Shown: positions 47,852 to 58,096 of the stretch, piece by piece
How positions within the stretch are numbered: position 1 is the stretch's first letter
How the letters are laid out: the number at the start of each line of letters is the position of its first letter
Source of the DNA: Oligoflexales bacterium
GTDB taxonomy: Bacteria; Bdellovibrionota_B; Oligoflexia; Oligoflexales; CAIYRB01
Direction of reading: 5' to 3'
DNA: 64,000 bases
Assembly (NCBI GenBank): GCA_041736175.1
Contig: JBGSUI010000219.1
Location: forward strand, 22,823 to 86,822
Notes under the pieces: generated by a model
Database searches by the model: none
What the model was told of the DNA's origin: nothing
The model's input: only the letters and a program-made list of their open reading frames with translations
Translations under genes and position numbers: made by a program

Positions 47852-49402
47852 TTGAGACAGGCCCCAACTTTTGATCCTACAGGAGGTTTTTCTCCCGAAC
47901 TCCTAGACTTGGGCAAACGCTACCAGGATTCATTTCAAGAAATCAGTGCTGCCGTGATGATCGTTGTACCAAAGACGGGACTGATCCTTTGCGCCAACCA
48001 ACATGGAGAGGACCTGACAGGCTACGAAGCTGAGGATCTCTGTGGGTGGCCACTCAAAGAGCTGTTTGTTCCTGAAGATCAAGGTCGCATCATCAATCTC
48101 CTAAGAGGCCTCGACCAACAGCTTTATAGTGAAAACGCCGAATTGCGAGAACACAGTCTTACGGTCCGCAAAAAAAGCAAGCGTCGGGTCTACTGCAATC
48201 TAGGGATTCGTCGCAGTAAGGTCAATGGAGATGTGTCAGTTTTGACGCTCACTGATATCTCGGCTATCAAGCTCCAAGAAATGGAACTGAGAGCAGCCAG
48301 TGACTATACCAATGCGATCTTAAATAGCGTCTACGAGATGATTTTTGTGATCGATGCTCAAGGAATCATCCAGTCGGCCAATACTTCTGCTCTCCTCAAT
48401 ATCAATCTCGACTTTAGACGAGACCAACTTGCAGGCCAGCATTTTAGTAGGATCTTTCCAGGTCTTCCGGCAGAGGAAGTCACCTATGGCTCGCTCCCGA
48501 ATTTGGGAGTCGAGACAACAGCAGTTCGCCTCAATCAGACAGAACTCCCCGTCCTCGTCACAAGCGCTGTCTTACAGTCGGGCAAACCCGAAAAAAGACA
48601 GGTGATCTTGGTTGCTAACGATATTACGGAGCGAAAAGCTCAGGAATCAAAAATCGCTGAGCAACAGATGATGCTCGTCCAAGCCTCCAAACTCTCCTCA
48701 CTGGGCGAAATGGCCAGCTCCATAGCCCATGAAATCCACAATCCTCTACAGATCATTTCGGGTACCAGCGAACTCCTCCTGTTAAAAACAATGGACTCAG
48801 CCACGCCTAAACAGGATCTTTCAGAAGGACTCGCTAAAATCGAACAGATGACTACCCGTATCGCTAAAACCGTGCATGGGCTCCAGGCTTTATCCCGCGA
48901 CCAACGCCATGATGAGATGGAGATGGTAGATCTTGCTCGCATCGTGAGTGATACCCTCGAACTCTGCCAACAAAAAATCACCTCGTCTGTAGATACTTTT
49001 GAAATCTCCCTTCCAACCGAACCCGTCCTGATCAACTGCCGACCAACCCAGATTTCCCAAGTCATCCTCAATCTTCTCAACAACTCCTGTGACGCTGTTC
49101 TTAATAACCGACCCAATTGGATTGTCTTAAAAGCCGAAAAAATCAACGAAGATCCGACTTCGACCATCGAAATCTCTGTCACAGACAGTGGCCATGGGAT
49201 TCCTCCACACATCGCCAACAAGCTGTTCACACCTTTTTATACGACTAAGCCTATAGGCAAAGGTACGGGACTGGGACTCTCGGTCTCTAAAAGCCTAATC
49301 GAGGCCCATAAAGGCAACTTTTACCTAGACCGGTCCTCTAAACACACACGATTTGCCTTTAGGCTGCCTTTAGGCCAGTCTCCCGGTCGGATGATTTCCT
49401 AG
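47852..49402 (+). CDS. PAS-PAS sensor histidine kinase
   Basis: Two PAS-like repeats, IAHEIHNPL, NLLNNSCDA, DSGHGI, FYTTKPIGKGTGLGL. Confidence 0.92.
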   Translation: MRQAPTFDPTGGFSPELLDLGKRYQDSFQEISAAVMIVVPKTGLILCANQHGEDLTGYEAEDLCGWPLKELFVPEDQGRIINLLRGLDQQLYSENAELREHSLTVRKKSKRRVYCNLGIRRSKVNGDVSVLTLTDISAIKLQEMELRAASDYTNAILNSVYEMIFVIDAQGIIQSANTSALLNINLDFRRDQLAGQHFSRIFPGLPAEEVTYGSLPNLGVETTAVRLNQTELPVLVTSAVLQSGKPEKRQVILVANDITERKAQESKIAEQQMMLVQASKLSSLGEMASSIAHEIHNPLQIISGTSELLLLKTMDSATPKQDLSEGLAKIEQMTTRIAKTVHGLQALSRDQRHDEMEMVDLARIVSDTLELCQQKITSSVDTFEISLPTEPVLINCRPTQISQVILNLLNNSCDAVLNNRPNWIVLKAEKINEDPTSTIEISVTDSGHGIPPHIANKLFTPFYTTKPIGKGTGLGLSVSKSLIEAHKGNFYLDRSSKHTRFAFRLPLGQSPGRMIS

Positions 49403-49926
49403 GATACACGGAGCAGCTCCTTCCCATCGAAGGCAACGTTTTCGTATTTTGCAAAGGCAAAATACTTTTTTTCTATACCATCAAATTCCAAGCTTCCACT
49501 ACATTGATTACAATTTGGTAGACCTGGGCATTTACCTGACTTCATAAATTCCACAGATTTTTGGTCGCAGCTGACCAGGACATGCTTGGATTCGTCACAA
49601 CTCTCGCAAAAATAGGGGACAAATAGAGATTTCATCGTGACGACTTTTTTTCCGAAAAATCCGGGAAACATATTAAGTTGGTTTACAATCCGGACCGAAC
49701 ACCTTTCTATAAAAACAGATCCTACCAATGCATCGATAAAGGCAATCCACTTCTGGATTCCCGTTGAATTGATAAGTTCTATTCCTTCCAGGTTAAAGAC
49801 GACCTTGCTGCATTCACGTAGGTTTGTTCTATCATATCGAGCCTCCTCATCGATACTTCCAGCAAAATCGACATGCCCTACGCCACCACGTAGATCTACC
49901 TTAATTTTTAAACTATCCACCTTCAT
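49399..49926 (-). CDS. STAS-like (anti-anti-sigma) protein with a C-terminal zinc ribbon
   Basis: FAGSIDE, FNLEGIELINSTGI (phospho-Ser motif), CESC and CNQC. Confidence 0.75.
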   Translation of the reverse strand: MKVDSLKIKVDLRGGVGHVDFAGSIDEEARYDRTNLRECSKVVFNLEGIELINSTGIQKWIAFIDALVGSVFIERCSVRIVNQLNMFPGFFGKKVVTMKSLFVPYFCESCDESKHVLVSCDQKSVEFMKSGKCPGLPNCNQCSGSLEFDGIEKKYFAFAKYENVAFDGKELLRVS

Positions 49927-50896
49927 GCCTTTCTATCACAAGATTTTTGCCCATTTCCATGTAATTTCTCTTTCGACTCGCCTTATAAAAGCTGCACTCA
50001 AAAAGGGTTGAAACTCCAGTATGGATCGTTACTGAAATCTCTGTGGCCAACTCAAATATGGTATAAAGTCCAACCCCCGACCCTGGGCCTTCCTTTCTTA
50101 GCTGATCATGCTGCCTTTTAGCTGCTCTCTCTAGATTTTCCAAAAGAACCCTTCTCTCCAAGGAGCCAAAGGGGTCATGGACGGTGAGCGAATAAAATTG
50201 TGGGCCTTCCGTTAGCCAGACCTTGACCTGCTTTTGATCACCCAGGGTGACGTTTACGTCACGAGGTGATCTTTTAAAGGGAAAAGTCCGCGTGTCCTGA
50301 TCAAAGGGTGCGTTGAAAAAAGCATTGGAGAGGAGTTCTGCAAGTACAGTGATCATATCCTCAGCATATCCTTCATAGAGCACCGCCTTTGACAACGACT
50401 CCTGAATCATGGGCTTTAGGTCATTGCCTTGACGTTTTTGTCTGATGCCAATCTCCCACAGGGTTTTTTCGCCAGCCTCGTCTGCGTTTCTTTCCCACCC
50501 TAAGATCCGTTTGATCCTCCGCTCAACGAGGGTATTAGTAGGAGATAAAATCCCATGAACCTCTGGAAAATCACTTAAAATTGAAAATATGTCATCTCTT
50601 GCCGTTTCGCAGAGAGCCAAAATCTTGAAATGCGATAGGGGATCTTTGCGTAAGATTTCTAATTCCCGCGCGAGACCCCCTGAGTCATGGACCTCCAGCA
50701 GCAAGTAACTCGAACCCAAATCTTGCTCCTGATCCTTGGGAATTGATGAAAGATTGATCATGGGCGACTCCTTAGGAACCGCTTTACTTTCCAACAAATG
50801 GCCAAGTATCCGCTCCAGATTTTTGGAGGGAACCTCAGTGGCTGATTTCCACAAAAGTTTGTTGGCTCTAACGAGCTGTGTCTGGCTGTTTTGCAT
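49913..50896 (-). CDS. GHKL ATPase/Ser kinase (RsbW/SiaB-like) with an N-terminal domain
   Basis: ELLSNAFF (N box), VHDPFGSL, GSGVGLY; no H-box seen. Confidence 0.7.
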   Translation of the reverse strand: MQNSQTQLVRANKLLWKSATEVPSKNLERILGHLLESKAVPKESPMINLSSIPKDQEQDLGSSYLLLEVHDSGGLARELEILRKDPLSHFKILALCETARDDIFSILSDFPEVHGILSPTNTLVERRIKRILGWERNADEAGEKTLWEIGIRQKRQGNDLKPMIQESLSKAVLYEGYAEDMITVLAELLSNAFFNAPFDQDTRTFPFKRSPRDVNVTLGDQKQVKVWLTEGPQFYSLTVHDPFGSLERRVLLENLERAAKRQHDQLRKEGPGSGVGLYTIFELATEISVTIHTGVSTLFECSFYKASRKRNYMEMGKNLVIERHEGG

Positions 50897-52799
50897 GCTT
50901 TATCACCACGAGGGTCACGTCATCTTGCGGGGAGTTTTTCCCCATAAATTGTAGGTACATGGTCTTAATCTTATCTTTGAGATGTTTTGCATCAAAAATA
51001 TCCTTTTCCTGTAGCGACTTAAGCAGTCGTCGCTCGCCAAACTCTGCACCCTTTTCGTTGCGGCTCTCCGTGATCCCGTCGGTATAACACACTAAGATAT
51101 CATCTGCTTCGAGTTTTTGTTTATGCATTGTATAGGTTTGTTGGGAGCTATCTCCGAGAGCACCTGAAGGCTTTTCGTTAAGACAGTCAATCTCAGGCCG
51201 CATCTCAGTCTTATCTGCCGAGTTATCTTTCGAATTGCGAATGATCAGCGGCTTCTCATGGGAGGCATTGCTATATCTTAATGCACCAGACTCGAGATCC
51301 ACTTCTAGGCATAGAAACGTCATTTTGACTTTGCCCATTCCAGCTCGCCAGACAGCGACGTTTAGGATCTCGAGAATCGCTAGAGGGGACATATCCCATC
51401 CAGCCTGATTTTTTGCCATTTGTGCTATGGTTGTCGTACAGCTATGGGCTACGGCTGTCATCAGGGCTGCTGGCACTCCATGTCCGGTAGCATCCCCCAC
51501 AAACACGTAGAGTTTCTGTTCTCGTGCAAACGCACCCCAAAAGTCTCCCCCGCATTCCGATGAGGACTTATGAAAGCCAGAGATCTCAAAATTCCCGATT
51601 CTAAAATCATCTTTTGGAAAAAACGAGTCCTGGACGATTTGGGCAGTCTCCAGCTCTTTCTCCATCCTGGCTTTGATCGCTGTTTGGTTTAAAAGCTCTA
51701 CGATTTTTTGCTGCATGATATTAAAGCTTTTTGTCAGTATACCCACTTCGTCTCGACCACCCTGGGGCACCCCGACACTAAAGTCCCCGTCCGAGATCCG
51801 TTTGGTCGCTTGGGTAAGTTTGTCGAGAGAGTTGGTTATTTTTCGCGAAAAGATGACGCTAAAAATGGTCCCAATACAGAGGATCAAGACCCCAATAAGT
51901 CCGGATTTTTCTTTTAATTTAGCCGAAGCTATATAAGCCGCTTCGACTGGTATTTCTGCTATGGTCATCAAGCCTAGTTTAGGCATTTTTTTGAAGGCGA
52001 TGATTTTGCCTACCTGGAGGCCGTCTGGTCCCACCATCAGGCTTTCAAAAGCCCCTTTGGTTGATTTGGAGCCGATGATTTCGCCTATTTTTGCGCGGCT
52101 AGGTTCCGTTAGGATGGTGCCAACAAGTTCAATGTCGGTGTGTATCATAATCGTGGACTTTTCATCGACGATATAGGTGCTGTAGAGTTTCGAACGCTGA
52201 AAAAGCTGCTTTCTAACGGATTGATCGATCACAGCTTTAACCAATACTTCCTGATGTTGGTTTTTAATGACTCCAAAAGCCACATTGAGGAGCGGTTCTC
52301 CTTTAGAGGACAGCCATGGTGTAAACAAAGGCTTTCCTTGCCAAAAACCGTTGCCTTTTTGAATTTCAAGGTCCAAGTTTTTTTGAATATTGTCCGACGT
52401 TTCAAGTTCATTCACCTGATTCTTTGTATACAATATTCTGTTATTTTTTCCTGTTTTAATTTCTATAATGGCAAGACCTAGAACGCTTTTTTCATCCTCT
52501 AGTACCTGATTTAAAATATTTTTAAAATTGGAGGGGCCTGCTTGGCTATCATTCTGGGCCACAATCAGTGCGACCATTCGCAGCTGCCTTAAGACATTGG
52601 AGATCGAAGATTCGGACTCTGCCGCCAACGTCTCAGCGAGTGAAGCCACCGTGTCTAAGACATATACGGTCTTATCTTGGTCAAACAATTTTTTTGCTGA
52701 TAGAAAATAGCTAAGAGTTGCCGCTAAAAGCAGCATAAAAATAATGGATAGGATCTTGTGCCGTATTGAGATAAACACTTGCTTCAATTCTGCCAACAA
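50868..52799 (-). CDS. Membrane PP2C/SpoIIE phosphatase with Cache-like and HAMP domains
   Basis: TM-periplasmic-TM, HAMP (RDEVGILTKSFN), ECGGDFW, GDATGHGVPAAL, YTDGITE, QDDVT. Confidence 0.92.
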   Translation of the reverse strand: MLAELKQVFISIRHKILSIIFMLLLAATLSYFLSAKKLFDQDKTVYVLDTVASLAETLAAESESSISNVLRQLRMVALIVAQNDSQAGPSNFKNILNQVLEDEKSVLGLAIIEIKTGKNNRILYTKNQVNELETSDNIQKNLDLEIQKGNGFWQGKPLFTPWLSSKGEPLLNVAFGVIKNQHQEVLVKAVIDQSVRKQLFQRSKLYSTYIVDEKSTIMIHTDIELVGTILTEPSRAKIGEIIGSKSTKGAFESLMVGPDGLQVGKIIAFKKMPKLGLMTIAEIPVEAAYIASAKLKEKSGLIGVLILCIGTIFSVIFSRKITNSLDKLTQATKRISDGDFSVGVPQGGRDEVGILTKSFNIMQQKIVELLNQTAIKARMEKELETAQIVQDSFFPKDDFRIGNFEISGFHKSSSECGGDFWGAFAREQKLYVFVGDATGHGVPAALMTAVAHSCTTTIAQMAKNQAGWDMSPLAILEILNVAVWRAGMGKVKMTFLCLEVDLESGALRYSNASHEKPLIIRNSKDNSADKTEMRPEIDCLNEKPSGALGDSSQQTYTMHKQKLEADDILVCYTDGITESRNEKGAEFGERRLLKSLQEKDIFDAKHLKDKIKTMYLQFMGKNSPQDDVTLVVIKHAKQPDTAR

Positions 52800-52934
52800 T
52801 GCTACGGAGCTAAATTAAATGTTTGCCGTGTCTTACATCTTTATTATAGCAGATCTGCCTATCGCTCATAATCGACCTTAAAAGCTGTAAACATAGATTA
52901 TTTTCTGTCGAATTAGAAATCCACCAAGATTTTC

Positions 52935-52961
52935 TCAATTTATCGTCGAAACCTCCGATGA
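52935..52961 (+). promoter_or_regulatory. sigma28-like promoter
   Basis: TCAATTTA-N11-TCCGATGA, 26 nt before ATG 52988. Confidence 0.7.
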
Positions 52962-52987
52962 CACTGGTGGGAGATTTTGGAGGCTTT

Positions 52988-55129
52988 ATGGAGAGATCCC
53001 AAAATATTGGTGTCCTATTGGTTCTCATCATGGGGACCTTATGGGGATGTGACGCTCAATTAAGTCGGTTTGATAAGGCTACCGTCAAAATCAATTCCAC
53101 CACCGATGCCGCCATGACATCCACCTCGCCCCAAACAGGAGAGGATATCGCTGCCGATCCACTAAATTCCTCCTCCACTCCAGTCGGTCCTAGGGACCCA
53201 TTACAGCCCCAAACTCCATCCACACCCACTGCATCTGGGGGCGATCTTCCTGGGACACTTCCGGCATCTGACTCCAACACCTCTCAGACTTCCTCCGACG
53301 CTACCATCGTCACTGCGCCGGTCCCTGTTAAGGCCACCATCGATCTTGGGGTTGACGTCAAAACAAACACCACTTTTCGACTCACTTATCAGCTCGAAGC
53401 CAACGCCCCCTACCAGCTCCAATGGACTAAAGTGGCGGGACCTGGTGATTTAAAAATTGATAATCTCGGTTCCCGAGATGTCACGATCGTCCCTAGTCTT
53501 GATGGTGTTTATTCCATTAAAGCTGAGGTCATTATGAATCAAGTGACGGTCGCCTCAGACACGGTTCAGTTGACCTGGGACACCTCTGGGCCGATTGCAA
53601 GCGGCTCTCCACAAATCCTCGCGGATAGCCTTACCGAGTCCGGTACTCGGGTGGTGGACAACGATGTGAATCTCTATTTTAAATGGCCAGAATTTAGCGA
53701 CCAGTTTAGCAACCCAGTCGGCTATTCCCTACAGGTTTTCCAAGGTGGAAACTGCACCGGAACTTTGCAAGAAATCCAACTAGGCACCAACCAAAATCTG
53801 CTCTCCTACCAATATGACGGTACCGTCGGAGCGACCTATTCCTTTTATGTGACCGCCAAAGATGCTTTGGGAGATTTGACCAACTCCCTTTGTTCTAACA
53901 ATATGACCATCGATTTGACGCCCCCGCCTCCCTTAGACACCACATCCGCAGCACGAGGTCCTAGGGTCCAAACAGTGCGCCTCCTTCTTAAGCTGCCCAC
54001 CGATATTAGCGATTATGCACTCCTCGAGGTTCGCAGAGGAACCCCGGTAAACTCGGGGACACCTACGCTCCCAACGGACTGTCAATCTGGCCAAAAGATT
54101 TACTCGTTAGACCACTTTACCGCTGGCTCCCAGCTTTCTATCGACGATGATATCGGCAAAGCTGGCTATTTTGTAGGATACCGCATCTGCATTTGGGACC
54201 AGGCGGGCAATCAAGCTATCGACACTCTTATCGACAAAGAATCGGGCACAAACACTCCTCCAAAGTCTAAAGAACACATTATCTTTGTCACCGAGGAACT
54301 CTACAAAGGCGATCTTGGCGGACCCACTGGAGGTAAAACCGGCCTCGAACTTGCTGATCTAAGATGCCAAACCGCTGGACTCGCTGCCACCAATCCTCCT
54401 GCTCCGGCCCAAACCGCCTATGTCACCGGAGAGGTCCGATGGAAAGCACTCCTTTCTGATCACACCAACGATGCTAAACAACGGGTGATCATTTCCGGAG
54501 CAGTTCGTGACCAAGCCGACCAGACTCTTTTAGCTGACAGTCGTAGCGATCTATGGGATGGTTCGATCTCTACGAGCATCTTTTTTAACCAAAACGGACT
54601 CACCGAGGGGATGGTTTGGACCGGCTCTGACCGCTATGGGATGCGCACCAACCAACATTGCAACCATTGGACAAGTAACCTAGCTGGTTTGGCCTACCAA
54701 GGAGACTCCTATTCGGCAAACGACTTTAATTGGTTTTCCGCCGAACCACCCTTCGCTGCTAGCTTAGCGGCTTGCTCCGACGAATTAAGCCTCTACTGCG
54801 TTAGCCAACCACAGACCATCACCTGGCCTGCCTCTGTCATAACCTCCAAGTTAGGATCAGGGCTCGAACTCTCTATAAAAAGCCCTGATATAAACTTTCA
54901 AAATGTTACCATTGAAGTATGGCGCATTGATGGAATCACACCTCCTGATCTGAGCTGTTTACAAAAAACTACCGAATCAAAACTAAATACGCTCCCTTAC
55001 AACAGTTTGCCGCCTATCTGGACCGATACCAGTGTCAATCTCGGAATGACCTATAGTTACCGAATATGCCTTAAAGATGATCTAGGCAATGTTTTAGCTT
55101 CCCATACAATCAGCGAGATTTATCAGTGA
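52988..55129 (+). CDS. Surface lipoprotein with PKD/FN3-like repeats and a DUF1554-like (endostatin/Len-like) domain
   Basis: Lipobox LWGC; WTKVAGPG; IIFVT...KGDLGG...ADLRCQ...WKALLSD...VWTG...CNHWTS...LYCVSQ. Confidence 0.72.
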   Translation: MERSQNIGVLLVLIMGTLWGCDAQLSRFDKATVKINSTTDAAMTSTSPQTGEDIAADPLNSSSTPVGPRDPLQPQTPSTPTASGGDLPGTLPASDSNTSQTSSDATIVTAPVPVKATIDLGVDVKTNTTFRLTYQLEANAPYQLQWTKVAGPGDLKIDNLGSRDVTIVPSLDGVYSIKAEVIMNQVTVASDTVQLTWDTSGPIASGSPQILADSLTESGTRVVDNDVNLYFKWPEFSDQFSNPVGYSLQVFQGGNCTGTLQEIQLGTNQNLLSYQYDGTVGATYSFYVTAKDALGDLTNSLCSNNMTIDLTPPPPLDTTSAARGPRVQTVRLLLKLPTDISDYALLEVRRGTPVNSGTPTLPTDCQSGQKIYSLDHFTAGSQLSIDDDIGKAGYFVGYRICIWDQAGNQAIDTLIDKESGTNTPPKSKEHIIFVTEELYKGDLGGPTGGKTGLELADLRCQTAGLAATNPPAPAQTAYVTGEVRWKALLSDHTNDAKQRVIISGAVRDQADQTLLADSRSDLWDGSISTSIFFNQNGLTEGMVWTGSDRYGMRTNQHCNHWTSNLAGLAYQGDSYSANDFNWFSAEPPFAASLAACSDELSLYCVSQPQTITWPASVITSKLGSGLELSIKSPDINFQNVTIEVWRIDGITPPDLSCLQKTTESKLNTLPYNSLPPIWTDTSVNLGMTYSYRICLKDDLGNVLASHTISEIYQ

Positions 55130-55842
55130 AAACAAAGTCGGGACAACTTGATGATTTGCGTCCTACCGAAACCGAATCTTCGGTTTCTAAGAAAATCGTC
55201 GTCGCGATTGACGATGAGGCCGATATTTTAAAGCTATATCAAACATTTTTGACCCATAGCGGATTCGAAGTCCATATTGCTGACAATGCAGTTGCTGGAT
55301 TTGAACTGCTAAAGTCTAAGTCACCAGATATTGTCCTTTTAGATATCAACATGCCAGGAATCGATGGTCTCACGACGTTACAACTGATCCGAGGCGACCA
55401 AAAAACCAAAGACTCAGCTGTGATCATGGTGTCAGCACGGCGGGATGAGTTTACCGTTAAAGAGGCGCTCAGGATGGGATGTGACAATTTTCTGGTTAAG
55501 CCATTTAAGTTAAAGGAGCTTGCCGAGAGGTTATCCCATGAAACCAAGGTCCTCCAAGAGGCTGAGGTTCGCCACTTTATCAGACCTCCCATTATGCTTT
55601 CTAAGGCGCCCGATATCTTAAAAGAGCCTGGACTCATGGATCTTTCTCCCAATCTTTTCGAAGCCTATTCAGTCCAATTTGAGGGGCTTCCCGGTGCCAT
55701 CGTCACACCTAAGGGTGTACGCCCGGAGATCTTTCACCGATCACTGAGTTCAGATATGGAGCGAAGTCTAACGGTCTATCTTAAATTTGGTCGTCGTTGG
55801 CGTAAAGTTTGGCCGCTAAAAAAGCCGAAGTCCCAAGGGTAG
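55126..55842 (+). CDS. Response regulator (receiver plus unknown C-terminal domain)
   Basis: IDDE, LLDINMPGIDG, VSA, LVKPF. Confidence 0.88.
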   Translation: MKTKSGQLDDLRPTETESSVSKKIVVAIDDEADILKLYQTFLTHSGFEVHIADNAVAGFELLKSKSPDIVLLDINMPGIDGLTTLQLIRGDQKTKDSAVIMVSARRDEFTVKEALRMGCDNFLVKPFKLKELAERLSHETKVLQEAEVRHFIRPPIMLSKAPDILKEPGLMDLSPNLFEAYSVQFEGLPGAIVTPKGVRPEIFHRSLSSDMERSLTVYLKFGRRWRKVWPLKKPKSQG

Positions 55843-55879
55843 TCGGTCATTTGGTTGAGGACTTTTTTCTCTAGTGTTT

Positions 55880-55908
55880 TTGACCAGTACGTTTTAACGA
55901 TGTATCCT
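55880..55908 (+). promoter_or_regulatory. sigma70-like promoter
   Basis: TTGACC-N17-TATCCT upstream of prkA. Confidence 0.4.
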
Positions 55909-55922
55909 AAAATAAGGTACAC

Positions 55923-55949
55923 TCAATTTATTTAGGTTTCATTCGATAA
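55923..55949 (+). promoter_or_regulatory. sigma28-like promoter
   Basis: TCAATTTA-N11-TTCGATAA, 45 nt before the prkA ATG. Confidence 0.65.
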
Positions 55950-55994
55950 GATCTCTGTACCAATGCCTACAAACACGATCTAAGGAATGGATTT

Positions 55995-58061
55995 ATGGAC
56001 GCCCAAAGATTAATGGACTTGGTGAATAGTCGCGAGTTTGGCAAAGAATTTGCTGATCTAAATTGGACTGGATCTTTCCGAGATTACCTAAACCAAGTAG
56101 TCGAGCGCCCTGAAGTCGCCCGAACTTCGTTTCAGCGCATGTACGATATGATCATGAGCTACGGGACAAAGTCCTATATCGAATACAAAAAAGAGATTAC
56201 CCATTACAATTTTTTTGATGATCCCATCGAAAACGGCCGCGATGCGATCTATGGCCTCGATGTCCATCTGCAAAAGATCGTCCTCGTCTTTAAAGCGGCC
56301 GCCCAACGCTATGGACCAGAAAAACGGGTGTTGCTCCTACACGGACCAGTAGGTTCGTCTAAGTCTACGATTGCCCGGCTTTTAAAAAAGGGTCTCGAAC
56401 GGTACTCACGATTGCCGACTGGGGCCTTGTACACTTACTTATGGAAAAATCTAGGGGAAATCTTAGACATGGAAGACGTGATGCCATGTCCAGTCCACGA
56501 AGAACCCCTTCATCTGATCCCCTTAGAGCGCAGACCTGAGGTGCTTTCTGCCCTCAATCACAACCGAGACCGTTCTCGACAGGTCTATATTGAAGGCGAC
56601 ACCTGCCCAGCCTGTCGTTATGTCTATCGGGCTTTGATGGAGCATTACCGCGGGGACTGGGAAAAAGTGATCGCCAACCATATCGAGGTGCGGCGACTTG
56701 TTTTGTCCGAGCGAGACCGGGTGGGTATTGGCACTTACCAGCCAAAAGACGAAAAAAATCAGGACTCTACCGAACTCACGGGAGACATCAACTACCGAAA
56801 AATCGCCGAATACGGCTCCGACTCTGACCCTCGGGCTTTCAATTTTGACGGTGAATTCAATATCGCAAATCGTGGGATCATCGAGTTTATCGAGGTTTTA
56901 AAGCTTGATGTAGCCTTTCTGTACGACCTTTTGACTGCCAGCCAAGAACACAAAATTAAACCTAAGAAATTTGCACAGTGCGATATCGACGAAGTTATTA
57001 TCGGTCATACCAACGAACCTGAGTTTAAAAAACTACAAAGCAATGACTTTATGGAAGCTCTGAGAGACCGGACCATAAAAATCGATGTCCCCTATATCAC
57101 TAAGTTAAAAGAAGAGATTAAGATCTATGAAAAAGACTTTAATCCGACGTCGGTCCCTCACATTCATATCGCTCCCCACACTTTAGAAATGGCGGCGATG
57201 TGGTCTATATTGACTCGACTCGAAGAGCCAAAAAAAGCCAATCTTACCCTTATGCAAAAGCTAAAGCTCTATAATGGTAAGACAACCCAGCAGTTTACCG
57301 AAGACAACATCAAGGAGTTAAGAAAAGAGGCCAAGCGGGAGGGGATGGATGGGATTTCGCCCAGGTATATCCAAGATAAAATCTCTAACGCCTTAGTCGT
57401 CGATAAAGGCGGTGGCTGTATCAATCCGTTTATTGTACTCAACGAGCTCGATAGCGGTCTTAAAACCCATTCTTTGATCAACGACGAAGAGCTGCGCAAA
57501 AAATATAAAGAGCTGCTCTCCGAGGTTAAGAGAGAGTACGAAGATATCGTCAAGCATGAAGTTCAGAGAGCGATTTCTGCTGACGAAACCGCTATAGATA
57601 AATTATGCGGCAACTATATCGACAACGTCAAAGCCTACGTCCAACGGGAAAAAATCCGCAACGCCTATACCGGTGCGGATGAGGAACCTGATGAACGTCT
57701 TATGAGAGCCATCGAAGAAAAAATCGATATCTCAGAAAGCCGGAAAGATGATTTTAGACGGGAAATCATGAATTATATCGGTGCCCTTGCGATTGATGGA
57801 AAATCCTTTGACTTTAGGACCAACGAACGCCTCCACCGAGCCCTCGAACTCAAACTTTTCGAAGACCAAAAAGACTCCATCAAGCTGACAACCCTGGTTT
57901 CAAACGTCGTAGATCGCGAGGCCCAAGCTAAGATCGATGTGGTGAAAAACCGCCTTATCAAAAACTATGGTTACTGCGAAATCTGTGCAAATGATGCCCT
58001 TGCTTTTGTTGCTAGTATTTTTGCCCGTGGTGATATCAGTCGAAACGATAAAGACAAATAG
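55995..58061 (+). CDS. prkA: PrkA/YeaG AAA+ serine protein kinase
   Basis: [41 protein letters not shown]. Confidence 0.95.
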   Translation: MDAQRLMDLVNSREFGKEFADLNWTGSFRDYLNQVVERPEVARTSFQRMYDMIMSYGTKSYIEYKKEITHYNFFDDPIENGRDAIYGLDVHLQKIVLVFKAAAQRYGPEKRVLLLHGPVGSSKSTIARLLKKGLERYSRLPTGALYTYLWKNLGEILDMEDVMPCPVHEEPLHLIPLERRPEVLSALNHNRDRSRQVYIEGDTCPACRYVYRALMEHYRGDWEKVIANHIEVRRLVLSERDRVGIGTYQPKDEKNQDSTELTGDINYRKIAEYGSDSDPRAFNFDGEFNIANRGIIEFIEVLKLDVAFLYDLLTASQEHKIKPKKFAQCDIDEVIIGHTNEPEFKKLQSNDFMEALRDRTIKIDVPYITKLKEEIKIYEKDFNPTSVPHIHIAPHTLEMAAMWSILTRLEEPKKANLTLMQKLKLYNGKTTQQFTEDNIKELRKEAKREGMDGISPRYIQDKISNALVVDKGGGCINPFIVLNELDSGLKTHSLINDEELRKKYKELLSEVKREYEDIVKHEVQRAISADETAIDKLCGNYIDNVKAYVQREKIRNAYTGADEEPDERLMRAIEEKIDISESRKDDFRREIMNYIGALAIDGKSFDFRTNERLHRALELKLFEDQKDSIKLTTLVSNVVDREAQAKIDVVKNRLIKNYGYCEICANDALAFVASIFARGDISRNDKDK

Positions 58062-58096
58062 AATCCCAGTGCGATCAATTTTGCCATAAAGGAGCC

